The translations under genes and the position numbers were made by a program. Shown here piece by piece: positions 12,150-25,041 of a stretch of DNA of 64,000 nucleotides (position 1 is the first letter of the stretch; every line of letters begins with the position of its first letter). The DNA comes from the human T2T-CHM13v2.0 reference genome, Homo sapiens: NCBI RefSeq assembly GCF_009914755.1, contig NC_060925.1. One strand, given 5' to 3'. The notes under the pieces were generated by a model. The model was not told where the DNA came from, made no database searches, and saw only the letters and a list, made by a program, of their open reading frames with translations.

Positions 12150-13420
12150 AGCAGGGTTCTTCTGGCTGCCCGGCTGCAGAGAGCTGACCCGGCATCCTGA
12201 CGCCTCAAATCCCTTTGCCCGCCTCTGCGGGCTGCGGGAGGCGGGGGTTGGCGTGCCTGAGGGTGAGCGCATCTGGGCCGGTGCAGCCAGCGCGTCCTCG
12301 GAGCTCCGCTGCTCAGGATGAAGGAAGAGCGCAGACGCGGATCGCGAATGGGAAACTTTCCGCGTCTGGGGCGCAGAGGGAGATCCGAGGCAGCCGGGAG
12401 CCCTCTCTTCTCCGCAGAGGAGAGCACACGAGGGTGGGGTCCCTCCTTCCTCCTTCCAAGTCTGTGCCCAGAATGGGGGGCGGGGTGCGAGAAGAGTCCG
12501 TGAGAGACGCAAGAGGCGGGCTGTGCCGGAGGAGGGCGCCCTTCCTGGAGGTGGCCGAGAGAGGTGCACCTGGCAGCGGCTTTGCAGGGCCACCTGCCTC
12601 CGAGGGCGCAGAGAGGAGCAACCCGCGCCGGCCTTCACGAACGTACTGGCGGTCACTGCTCGGGGAGGGGCACGGCCAGAACGCCCTCGCCGGTTCTGCC
12701 CCTTTGGGTGGCAGAGCAAGGGTGCCCGACGCTAGAGAGTCGGGTCTGGCAGGAGGAAGGAGGCCGCTGCCCCTCGCACTGGCTGGGCCGGAAGTCCTTG
12801 CCCTGGCTCCCCACTTCCCAGAATCAGACCCTCCAAAGGAGAAACCCACATTTCTCGGGACTCCTGGGCGTGTCCTGGGGCGTTTTCAACTCCTCCAGCC
12901 CCCGTGAACCGTGCCTGGGCACTTCTGGGAAGTCCTGCACTGGAGCCTGTGCAGTGGCGCCGGGCTGGGGATGGAGGAGTGGTCCTTAGCCGCTGTTCAG
13001 CCCTGGGAAACGTTCCGCTGAGAGCAGGGTGGGGGCAGCCCCAGTTAGGGGTAGCCCACGGCCCCAGCCGGGGGTCTCCGGGATTGCGCGGGCGGAGGTG
13101 GGCGGCCCTGCGGGTTCTCGGGTTCTCGGGTTCTCTGTCTCCGCAGCCGCGTGTCAGCAGGTGGATGGGATGGAGGGGCTGTCTCCGCTAGGCCGCCGCA
13201 ACCGCAACGCCGAGACTGCGGGGGCTGTGCGCGCGCGAGCGGGTGTGACGACTTTATATATTTATCCTCCCTTCACACGCCCCCTTCCCACCGGGCGGGG
13301 CCTCTGGCGCGGCAGGGTTTCTTCTCCAGCCCCAACTGGGGGAGTTAAGGGCCCTAATCCCTTGCAGGCTGCCTCGCCCATGCCCCTCCAGCGTGGCCCC
13401 GCCCCTAGCCATAAACTCCA
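12150..13420. promoter_or_regulatory. Second intronic CpG island, ending in a TATA-like element and GC boxes
   Basis: High CpG density 12150-13260. ctttatata at 13252-13260. GC boxes at 13293-13300 and 13395-13405. Confidence 0.75.
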
Positions 13421-14369
13421 CCCCTCTTCCACCCCATAACCGCTCTGCAAATGGGAGTTTTTCATTTTCGTGTTTTAAGTGCAGAGAATATTCGAGCTGG
13501 AGCGACCTCGGAGATCACTCACTTCGGTGGTTTTGAAACTTGTGTGTTTTTCTTTTTCTTTTAAGTAGGAAAACCCTTTTAGAGGAAACATTATCACCCT
13601 CCTAAAATCCCAATACCTTGAGCAAGATGATAGATCTTAAAGTAAAGCTGCCCTGGTGGATGCTGGGGATGAGGCCCACATCGAGCGCTCCTTCCACACA
13701 AGTCTTTCACAACCTCAAGACTGCTCCCTTCCTCCGCAGCTAGTATTGTAGCTGGGGTTTTGTTTTTCCAATAGCCCCGATTATATGGATCAGCTGCGAT
13801 GTGTCAAGCAGGATGCTGGCTGCTGCTTCGCAGTCCTCATTCATGCTGCAAGATAGATTTAAGACCTTCTTTTCACCGATTAGGAAACTGAGGTTCTGAG
13901 GTTTAAGACTTGTTAATGACAGAAGTACAGGCTCCTTCCGCTCCCTCCTAGTTCTGCCCCAGGCTCTTCTTTCCGCTGAATCTTCCTTCCCTCTCTCTGG
14001 CCGCAAAGAATCCCTTGGGCAGGGCATGTGAGTAGAGAAGGACCCAGGTCATCTGAGTGATGCCTCAGATCTGCCTGCTACTCTGATATTTCAGAACGTC
14101 AGTCACAGACACACTTGAACTTCACTACACTCTGGCAAGATGGGCAGAGGACGGAGTAGGGGAAGGAGGTGGAGGAGCTTAGGGGACTTGCTTAGTTAGG
14201 TGCCTGGTTTATAGTGGTGTGTGACTTCAAAGGCAGAGACCGACAAAATAGAGGCTGTTTAGTTCTATTAACTGGGTTTCCTGGGATCTGTAGAGGTATT
14301 TAACCTAGGCAGTTGACAGCCTGGCTTACCACCTTGCCCGCCTCCGCTATAGCCCCAGGCCACCAGGAA

Positions 14370-14760
14370 TTCATTTATTCATGCATCCAACAAATGCTTA
14401 TTGTACACTATGTGCCAGACACGGTGCTGAGCATTGGGAAAACGGCCCTGAGCTTGGTAGAGGAGTCCCCTGCCTCTATGGTGTTTAAGGCTCAGTGGGA
14501 AATTGATGCTTCATTTAGAGGGAGGAAGGGGCTATTATCTCTCTCTGGCCCTAACTGAGCTAGGTGTCACGCCATGTGCTTTATCTTTCTTGTCTTACAG
14601 AATCCTTACAAGCACCCTGAGAAGTAAAATGAAGTCCATTTTGTAGATGAGGAAACTGAGGCTCAGAGAGGCTAGGTGACTTTGCCAAGGCTGCAGAGTC
14701 ATTGAATGGCAAGCAGGAATTCAGATACAGGGCCCTCTGACTCCCTGGCCTGTGCTTCCT
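14370..14760 (-). mobile_element. L2 3' end followed by MIR
   Basis: attcatttattc..cactatgtgccagacacggtgctgag, then ccattttgtagatgaggaaactgaggctcagagagg. Confidence 0.7.
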
Positions 14761-17700
14761 CCCTCCATGCTCTGCTGTCTCCTGGTGATCATTTCCTGAG
14801 CCCCAGCCACATGGATGTGTCCAGTCTCCTGTCTGGATGCCTGACTCCTTCCCAAACCCACACTGAAATAGAATCATCCAGGGTGTTCATCTGCACAGAT
14901 GGGAGAGGGAGTGTCCCTGAAAGCTATTGCCATCACCAAGAGAATGAATAGGCATCTGCTGTGGGCAGGGCACATGTGAAAAGAGCAAGGCCTATGAGTG
15001 TGATCCTCATCCCAGGGCAGCGAGAGACTGGGCATGTTTCCGAAAAGATGAACGACAATCTATTTTGTCCATCCTCCCTCTCCACCTCCTTTCCTCCCCC
15101 ATCCACTCCTGTTCCCTTCCTCTCTTTTTTCTTTTTGCCTTCTTTTTTCTTTTTAAATAAAAGGAGGTTCAGGATCTTTTGTAAGTGGAGGAACTGGGAG
15201 TTTCAAAACCAGGTCTGAAGCAATCCAGAGACAGCTGCTTTTTCATCACTGGAAAGGGAGTACAGCAGCCCTTACTACTTGTAGGAGGCTGCAAAGCTGT
15301 TCATTTCAAATGATAAATGTCAGTGGTGGTAAAACACATGAGATCACTTCCTAGGAGGTGTCCTTCTTTAGGATGAAATTCCAGGGAAGATTGGGGTGGT
15401 GAGATCCTGGAACCCACCTTTATGCTACAGTGAGCTCCAGGAGTGGAGGGGGCTCATGTTCACTAAGACCCCCGGCTAAGATTCCATGGATGGAGCAATA
15501 AAGGTAGTGTGTATGGGGCTGGAGATGCAGGCCCTGTTCAGTCACCTCTGCAGCCCAAAAGAGCAGGAGAGACAGGTCGTGGGCAGGGTGTGGCTTGGGG
15601 GTGGGGTTTTTCTGAGACCCAGACTTTAGTCCCCTCCCAGGAAAGGAATCTGGTGTTTGGTTTTTCCACCAGCCTTTGTTACATCTTCTGGCCACATACT
15701 AAATTTGCTTTGGGAAATCACACCAACCCCGCACCCCCACCCCCACCCCACCCAACACATAAATTGCATGACATCTTGGTGGGTGAAACTACTGGGTAAG
15801 GCATCCCCAAGATGGGCCCTGGAATCTGAATATTGAGCAGAGTGTCACAAAGACTGAGAGACACTAGAATGTCCCCCTTGCCCCTGGGACCCCCAGGAAA
15901 CCGTCCTTTGTTGGTTTCCTGAGACTGATAATGATGGGACCTATCTCCCAGTGTACTGAGAGGGTGGAATCAGGCATTACAAGCAGAGCTCTTAGCTCAG
16001 TCCCGTGGGCTCTGATGCTTGTTACTAGTGTTAACCATGGTAACGATGAGTACCCGCTGAAGCAGCCCCAGTCCTTGCGTTACTCGACTTTTTCGTAGTG
16101 TTCTCATTGGTTACATTTTTTGGCTTGAGAGTCTAGTGTCAATTTCTGCTGCTTGCAAGGAAAGGATCCCATGTGATAACCTCTCTAGGTGTGATGACCA
16201 GTGCCAGCCTTGGAGTTGCCAGTCAGTGCACTCTTGGTAATGCACAGAGGATGGTTCATGGCCCTCTGGCTGGGGGTGACCAATCCCACCGCCTGCCCTC
16301 TGTCTTTCCCTGGAGTCTTGAGGCCCATTGAGTGCAGTGTGAGACTCAAGTTGTTCCCCGCTAGTAAAATGTACAGATGGAGGCCAATCTTATAGTGAAC
16401 TTCCAATCCCCTGACCCAATAGACCCTGCTCCACCCAGGCAGGGACCCCATCTGGTTCTGTTCACTGTTGAGTCCTCCACAAAACACATAGCAGGTGCTC
16501 AGTCAGGTTGTTTGTTTGGGTGATTAGGCTACCTCTGGCCTTGCGACATGTGCAAGCTGGTTTTGAAAAAGACTGAGCATGTGGCTTTCTATTTCTATGG
16601 AAAATTGTGTGAAAAGGCTTATAGCATGTGGAATTGAGGCTGGACTTGCAGGTGGACTTCCTGGCAGCAAAGATGTTCTGATCCTGGAACTACATTCTTT
16701 CTTTCTGCAGTTTCTCAGATAAAGTAGCAGAGGCCCTGACTAGATATCTTAACTCTCTACCTGCTGGCAGTACTTGAAAATGCACAAAACACTTCCACGC
16801 CCATTATTCCATTTAGACCTCACATCACACAGGGAGACAGCTAGTCTTGTACCTGTTGAACAGATGAGGGAAAATGAGGCCCAGGAAGATGAAAGGATGG
16901 CAGTAGGCAGTGGCTGGACTGGAACCCAGATTCTGTGGTTGCGAGCTCAGCCTTCCTCCCATCCTCAACCCATTGCTGGACTTCATTTAGCCACAGGGGT
17001 CTGGCATGAGACAGGTCAGTTTCCCATGTGCTTACAGGCCAGTAAGCTTTGACCTCAAGTGTGCACTGTGAGCTGTGTGCTGCTGTAGCCACTTTGCTGC
17101 TGTGACTTCCTCTATCCTCCACTGCTGTCCAGGTGGGTGTTATATCCCCAGTCCACAGGTGAGGACACTGACATGCCCAGGGTCACACAGCTTGAGACAA
17201 GAGCTCACTGTCTCCCCTGTCTCCACAGTCTTGTCCTGCTCAGAGATTTCTGGCCTTAGCTTCTCCATCCTCCACCTCCTCCCCCACTTCCGCCCTTTCT
17301 TGGCTCAGAGAGCAGACATCTGCCCTCAGCTAGCACAGTCCCTGGCTCCCCATAAGGCTTTCTCCAAGTTTCTGCTCACCCACATCCTCCCTCCACAGCC
17401 CCCCACCACACACACACAGACTCAGGTGTGCCCTAAGCATGTTGGCAGCAGTACTTTTGGCAACACTTTGAAAGCAGCCCTCCTTGGGGCTGGAGATCGT
17501 TGGGGATAGTCTCCCTCCTGAACAGAGCTATTGAGGGTGAGCATCTCTGCACCCTCGGCCCTGGCACCAGGCCTGGCTCTGAGCACATAGATCCTGAAGA
17601 TGTGTTTGTTGAATGAATGAATGATGTCTCCCCTGAGCCTGAGGTTTGGTTCAAACACCAGACCCAGGCTTGTTTCCTGGCCCTGCTCAGTTGCCTCTGG

Positions 17701-17882
17701 AAGTCCTTTCTGGTGTGAGAATGTGTCCATTGTCCTTCTCCATTCCATGGACCACAGTGGCATCACAGCTGGCATCTGGAGGAAGGGCCAACACTGCAAG
17801 GTGATGGGAAGACCAAGGGGACTTCGTGTCCCCTCTATGTTCTCCTTGGAGAGGGGACTGTCCTAGATGGGTGATGGGGATT

Positions 17883-17969
17883 TGGGAAGGTAAAGAAAGA
17901 AGGAAGGAGGGAGGAAAGGAAGGAAAAAGGTTGAGAAGGGAGGGAGGAAGACAGGAAGGAAGGAAGGAA

Positions 17970-18031
<62 letters not shown>

Positions 18032-18061
18032 AGGAGAGGGAGGGAGGGAGGGAGGGAGGAG
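17883..18061 (+). repeat. Polypurine (GGAA)n/(GAAA)n/(GGGA)n compound microsatellite
   Basis: Direct reading. Pure (AAAG)n at about 17972-18032. Confidence 0.95.
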
Positions 18062-21000
18062 CAAGCATTCACTGAGCAGCTACTATGTGCCAAACCCTGT
18101 GCCAGACATGTTCACACATAACATCATACTCAACTATCCCAGAAATGCCTGTTTGGGAGATAATATTCTCCCCCTTTACAGATGAGTAAAGAGGCTTGGA
18201 GAGATTGTGTGACTTGCCTGAGTGAGGGGCAGAGCCAGATTCACACCCAGGCATTGATTTGCACATCTCTTCCCAAATCTGAGTTTCTCCCATTGGTAGC
18301 TTGAAATAGACCATTACTGGAGTATTCACACAATGGAAATCGGCAAACTATACATTGGGGCCTCCCTCACCCGAGAATTGGTTGTTACACACTTGCCAGC
18401 ACATCCCTGGGTATGCCCATCCTTCCTAATCCCTCCCTGTCTCTGTGGGGCAGCCACCTGCGGTTAATGTGCTTTGGTTTCCATCTGCAATGGGCTCCTG
18501 TTGTCCACCACTTCCTAACAAAGTATCCTTGGGCAAGACACTCGCTGTCTGAGTCATAGTTTCCCTGTCTTTTAAAAATGGAGGGTGAGTGAGATACAGC
18601 AATAACACATGAGAGCTTTTGGCATGTAACTGGCCTCTCCCTTCCTCCTGATGGGGCCAGCAGGCCATGGAGACTCTGAGGAGAGTGGGGTCACTGTTTC
18701 TTCTCCCTCTGCTGGAGCTGCTTTGGGCGAGAAGTCCACGATCCAGTCACTTCCATTAATTAAGCAGCTGCCCCAGGCCTGATTCTGGACTGACAGAGAC
18801 CTCTCGGGGAGTTTCAGGTTGTGGGCAATCCCACATTCATTGAGAACAATTAAAAATCACATGTAATCAAATGGCCAATACAGGGCTTGAACCAAGCTTA
18901 TGTCTTTGGGGATTAAAGGGAGTGGCCCAGGAAGGCTCTGAAGGATTGAAACAATCTTGCCAGGTCAGGAGTGGTTTCCAGGCAGGAGAAACAGCACATG
19001 CAAAGGGCTGGGGAAGAGAGGGGAATGCCATCTGGGCAAGTGAGGGTTGGAGCTATGAGGCTCCTGGCCTTGCTTAAGTGCAGGTCCTGGTTGAGAAGCT
19101 GGGGAGGAGGATGGAGGAGTTGGCAGAGACCTGCCTGCTAGGAAAGCGGTCTGGATTTGAGCCCATGGGCTGAGGGGAATGGTTTAAAAGAGTGGAGTGG
19201 CATTCCCAGAGCAGGGCTCTAGGAAGATTAATTTGGCTTTTCTGGGCCACCTGAAGCTGGAAGCTCTTTTGAACCTCCACTGGGTTATAAATGGTTGCTC
19301 TGGGTTGCCCAAAGAAACGATGGACTCCAGAAAGAAATGCCATCGTTTGGAGATGGCCCACTTCTCCCAGCACATCCTGACCCAGTGAGGAGGGAAAGCC
19401 AGGCCCTTGCCCAGGCCCTACCAAGATTGCACAGCCTTGAATGAGACTGCCCCAGCCTGAGTGTGTACCTTGGGCTTGACCCAAGAGTGAAGGGAGGAGG
19501 AGCGCGGTCCTGGGGAGAAGCTTCTAGATCTCCAATGGGCATGGGCTTTGTAGTCTAACCAGCTTTCAGATTCCACCTCCACCACTTGTCCAATTTGTGG
19601 ACTCAAGTAACCTCTTCATTATTTTACCCTTGGTTTCTTCAACCGCACTTGTCACTCTTCATGGTGGCCTCGTCTGGTGGGGGCTGCTGGGAAGCGTGAA
19701 TGGATAATACCAGGAGGCCATATGCACAGTGGCTAGCATACAGCAGGTGTTTGAAAAGTGGTTGCTCCCTTGATGATGTTTGGCTCCCCACCATGTGGTA
19801 GGAGCACCCTCCAGGTTTGAAGGGAAAGAAGTGTTTATAACCCTTGATTCCCAGGAGGAGAGGATGCATGGCAGGTTTCCCCATGTGGATCACTGGAAGA
19901 ACCTTTGGGTTTGGAATTACAGAGCATCTGAGCCAGAAGGGAGCTGGGAAATTATCTGCACTGTCTCCTCTCTCCCCATTTTACAGACAAGAAAACTGAG
20001 CCCAGAGAGAGGAATGAGTCCTTCTTTGTTGCATGCACTGAGCATGATGTGGGGGGCAGGTCTTCTCCTTCAATGTCAGGGACCTGTCCCAGGGCTTGGC
20101 CAGGTGGACCCACCACCTGAAGAGCCTGGCATGGGGAAGCCTCTGGGTCCCCTGAAATTGGGTGGGGACCTTGGCAGCACTTCAGTAGGGAGCAACCCCC
20201 AGCCTCCTACATCACAGGACAGCTTGGGAGTCGCCACGGAGAGAAGCAGCTGAGCCTTTGGGGTTTTTTTTTGTTCCTTTGCCAAGCTGTTCCCTTTGCC
20301 CTTTTGTTTCTCTTTCTACAGAGGCGCTCAGCGCTCCTCTGATGGGCTTGTTTGTCACCAGTCGTTGGTGCTTCCTTTATCTCCCCAGCACCATCTCTTC
20401 CTCCTTTTTTCCCTAACGCCGCCCCAAAGGAAGGCGTCCATCACAGGCTGCCCTGGCATCATTCTGGGCTGGGCTGGGCTGGGGGAGGGGCAGCACAAGC
20501 GTCCGATACACTGGCAGAGGCTGGGGCAGCTGGAGGGTGGGTAGCTGTGGCATCTTGAGCTGGTGCTCACCGCCCGAGTGCTCTGGTTTTGTCGAGTGGG
20601 TATTCAGACCATACAACAGCCAAGAGCTGAAGGAAGGCCAGGTGTCTGGTTCTACAGAAGCAGGTGATGAGTTGCTAATTGTTACCCAGCACCTAATGTC
20701 CCAGGCAGGGGCGGAAGGAGTGAGGTGGGGGGCGGCAAAGGCAGTCACCCCACAAAGACTTCTTTGTTTCCGTCTGCAGCAGAGAAGTGGGTCTGATCTC
20801 AGCTTGGAAGGGAAGAGGCATCAGAAGTCCAATTCCTAGGGCCTGTTGCCTGGCTGGGGAGCTTTTGGGAAGGTGGGGGGAAGAAGGACAAGTTACCCCA
20901 TGGAGAGCATGGGGGTTACCTCATGGGGAAGAGTTAGTCATTCCCAGGCCAGTCTGGCTTGCAGAAAGCAACTTCTTGTTTCAGGAAGCAATATAGTCTC

Positions 21001-21422
21001 TTCCTCCCTCCCTCCCTTCTTTCTTTCCTTCCCTCCCTCCCTCCCTCCCTTTCTTCCTTCCTTCCTTCTTTCCTTGTCTGATTGAGGAACTGAATTTTGT
21101 TGAAATCAGCTAAATAGAAGCTAAGACACCTTACTTAGTTTTCATTTAAACATCAGTAGTCACACATGGCTATGTATTGATTGGAACAGTGCAGCTCTAG
21201 ACTGTAAGCCCTAGGAGGGCAAGAACTTACCTATTCCCTTCTTTCCTTCCTCCCTTCCTCCCTTCTTCCCTTCCCTCCTTCCTTCCTTCTCTGGCTCTTG
21301 TTCATTTATGCAGCAGATATTTATTGGATGTTTCCTGGGGGTCAGGCACTGTGTTGGGTTCTAGAAATCCAGAGGAGGGCAAATAGGCAAGTTCTTGCCC
21401 CACTGGGGCTTACAGTCTAGGG

Positions 21423-21626
21423 CTACGCTGTTTCAATAAGTGGCCATGTGTGACTACTGACATTTAAATTAAAACTAAGCAAGTTTTCTCAGCTTCCATT
21501 TAGCTGAATTCTACACATTCAGTTCCTCAATCACCTGAGTCACATTTTAAGTGCTCAACAGTGATTGGCGGCTAGTGATGACGGTATTGGACAGTGCACT
21601 TCCAAAAGCTCTACTGGACAGCACTG
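21423..21626 (-). mobile_element. MER3 (hAT-Charlie), inserted in an L2 fragment
   Basis: Termini ctacgctgtttcaata / tactggacagcactg. 8-bp TSD gtctaggg (21415-21422) / gtctagga (21627-21634). Internal ttcagttcctca and tattggacagtgca. Confidence 0.8.
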
Positions 21627-22192
21627 GTCTAGGACAATGTTCCTCTTTGGGTGTGGCATGCCCACTGACAGGAAGAAAGTAACAAGGAATCATAGCAAGG
21701 GGGTGGCTTTCTCTTTTCCTTTCTCAGATTGTCCTTCTGGCTGTGCCAAGGAGAAGGTCTCAGGCTGATGCCCTCAAGCTTTAATGCCCCTCTATCACAT
21801 GCTGATTTCTTTCCAACATAAAGATAATAGGTCTGGGGCAACAAGCCTCCAGCGAGCCAGAGGGGGCAAGGCTTTTAATAACGGTGTTTTTTTTTTTCAT
21901 TGTAATTATTTTTCAGTCACTCTCTGTTTAAGGCAACTGGTACCAATTTGCCATTTGGGGCAGTGATTTAAATTCTCCCTCTTTTAAAAAAATGGCTTTA
22001 TTTAAGTAAAAAATGAGTCAAGTTAAAAATGTTAAGTACATAGTGGAGCAGGTGGCATGCAGATATGGCCAATCTGTGAAGGTGGTGGATGTGAATGTCT
22101 GCAGTTAGAAACCTCGGTTCAGATGGAACCACATGGGCTTCTGGAGGCACCACCATTTCTATGTTCTGTGATCCGGGGAACAAGTTACTTCA

Positions 22193-22634
22193 GTCCTTAT
22201 CAATCAGGTTCTGGCAGGAAATGGCAGGCTCAGCCTGGAGCGTCTGAGGAGGACTTGTTCAAGGGACTATTTGCATAGGATTTCTGGAAAACCGCAGGGG
22301 ATGGTGCAGCCCCTTGGAGCTAGAAGAGTGGGGCACTTTCTACCTATAGCTTGGAGGAGTAGATATAACCAGAAAGCAGGCTGGGCTGTGCCAAGAGGAC
22401 TGCCAGACAGCCAGGCGGCCCTGTGTAGAGGACTGCAGCCAACTCTTGGGGGCCTGGCAGGAAGCTGGAGGGAGAAATACCCCAACTTTACCCTCTTCCT
22501 GCCTTTGGGTCCCTTGATGGTGCCACCCATTGATCAAACCCTATTGAAAGCCCATACAGATCAGCCTCCAAAGTGCAGAGCTGGTAGAAAGGGAAGAGAA
22601 CGAGCTGGGGTCCAAGTAGCAGAGATCCAGCACA
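22193..22634 (-). mobile_element. Old ERVL/MaLR-type LTR (subfamily uncertain)
   Basis: atcaggttctggcaggaaa..aagggactattt..cccattgatcaaacc..ccagcaca LTR-like motifs. Confidence 0.45.
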
Positions 22635-24285
22635 ATTCTGCTAAGCCTCAGTTTCTCCATTTATGAAATGCTCTACGATGCTCATTGTACCTGACAGGGT
22701 TGTGGCGATGGTGCAATGAGACAACATATGTATAGCTAATGATTGGTAGCTATTTATATTTATAACAACAGCAGCAAAACGGTGCCTACTCTGCAGTCCC
22801 AGGCTCCATGGTAGATTTTTCCTGAGCTAGGAAGTAGCATATGAGAATGGGGTTTTAGGGTACAAGGTGGAACTGGCTTTTCGGCAGCATGTGAATTTGA
22901 AGGGGCAGACAACATTGGAAGCAAATTGCAGCTTGCAAAGCGGAAGCACTAGCGCTCTCCACAGGCTGGTATTGACCTTTGCAGTGTGTCCTTCCTACTC
23001 TGGTCTCTTCGACATCTCCACATCTCCCCTGTGCCCTAGTCCATCTCACTGATTGATTACTTCACCCCAGGGCTTACCTATTCGTCATTCCCCAGTCTAT
23101 TTTCCACCCTATTTCACAAGGAGACGTTCTTTCTCCTTAGATCCATTTAGGTCATCTTTCCACCATCCCCACTGGCTCCTATCATGTGCAGCCTGGTCCA
23201 CATCAGTTATGAAGAGGCTCAAAGCTGTCTCCTTCCAAATGGAAGGCAGGTACTCTCCAAGCCTCAGCTACTCCTGCCAGAGGCTACTTTCACCCTTGCA
23301 GATGGGGGAAGGGAAGATACTCTTGAGTAACTTAGCACTTTGGACCACTGGATCTTTATCCTTCATCTGAAAGCTGGAAGTGCCATTGCCACTTTTAGAG
23401 GGACCTAAAGGAGTAGCTGGAGCTCAGGGAGTAGCTGGCTTCTACGTGGAGATAAATATTCCTCAGGAAAACTTCCACCGGCAGTCCTCTTAGCTCCCAG
23501 CTACTAAGTTGGCTGAGGTGGCTTTTCTCACGATCCTCTATTTCCCTTTGTCCAGCCCCTTTTCTCATCTACCTGACTGTTGAAATTGACTTTGATGAGG
23601 ACTAATTTTGTCCGTTGAAATTCATGAGACGCTTACCCATTTGGTGCTTTGCTGAAATTGCCGTGACAAATACCAGTGGCAATTTCTTCCCTGGCTCATT
23701 CTCTAAAGTACTCTGGGCAAGACAGAGTGCACCTGCCCTCGCCGACATGCCATCTGTCGGATCTGCCATCCTCCACCAGCCCTGCTATTGGCCCTGCCCC
23801 GATGCAGGTCCATCTCAGCCATTCCTACGTGCTCAGTGGTGTGTGACCCTTTAGGAGGAGATGGGTTGCCTAAGGGGGACAAATATGCCTTAGGGGGAAA
23901 AATTTCACCCACACCCCCATTGGCTCTCAATGTCCAAGTTGGCTGAGGTGATATTCCTTTACCCAGCCCCTGTTCCATGTACCCGACTGTCCAAATTGCC
24001 TTTGATGAGGACTCATTTTCCAGTTGAATAAGGGGACACGTTCTGTAGGCCAGTCCTCCATCACAGGCAGGTGCACCACTTCTGTCTCCTTGAGCCAGGT
24101 CCTGGGTCACCAGGATGGCTTTGGTCACCCATGAGTCTCATTTGCCTGGGCGGTAGGGGTACTGCCTTATGGCTTGTGAGCTCCGAATCCCTCCCTGGTC
24201 TGAGCCTGGACACACTGCAGAGATTGCCAAAGAAACCTCAGTCACCCTCTTCACGACTTTTGTCATGTCTATGTCTCATCTGTGC

Positions 24286-25041
<756 letters not shown>

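Noticed and set aside
11570-12989. Overlapping 141-285 aa ORFs on both strands
   Set aside because: CpG-island artefacts; no domain or coherent exon structure seen.
20265-20321. Strong 3' splice-site-like pyrimidine tract (ctttctacag)
   Set aside because: No good partner donor at a sensible distance, and no Ig-like coding sequence follows; not exon 2.
23590-23660. Possible C/D snoRNA (TGATGA ... CTGA)
   Set aside because: The C box lacks the 5' purine, there is no terminal stem, and the duplicate copy has no D box.
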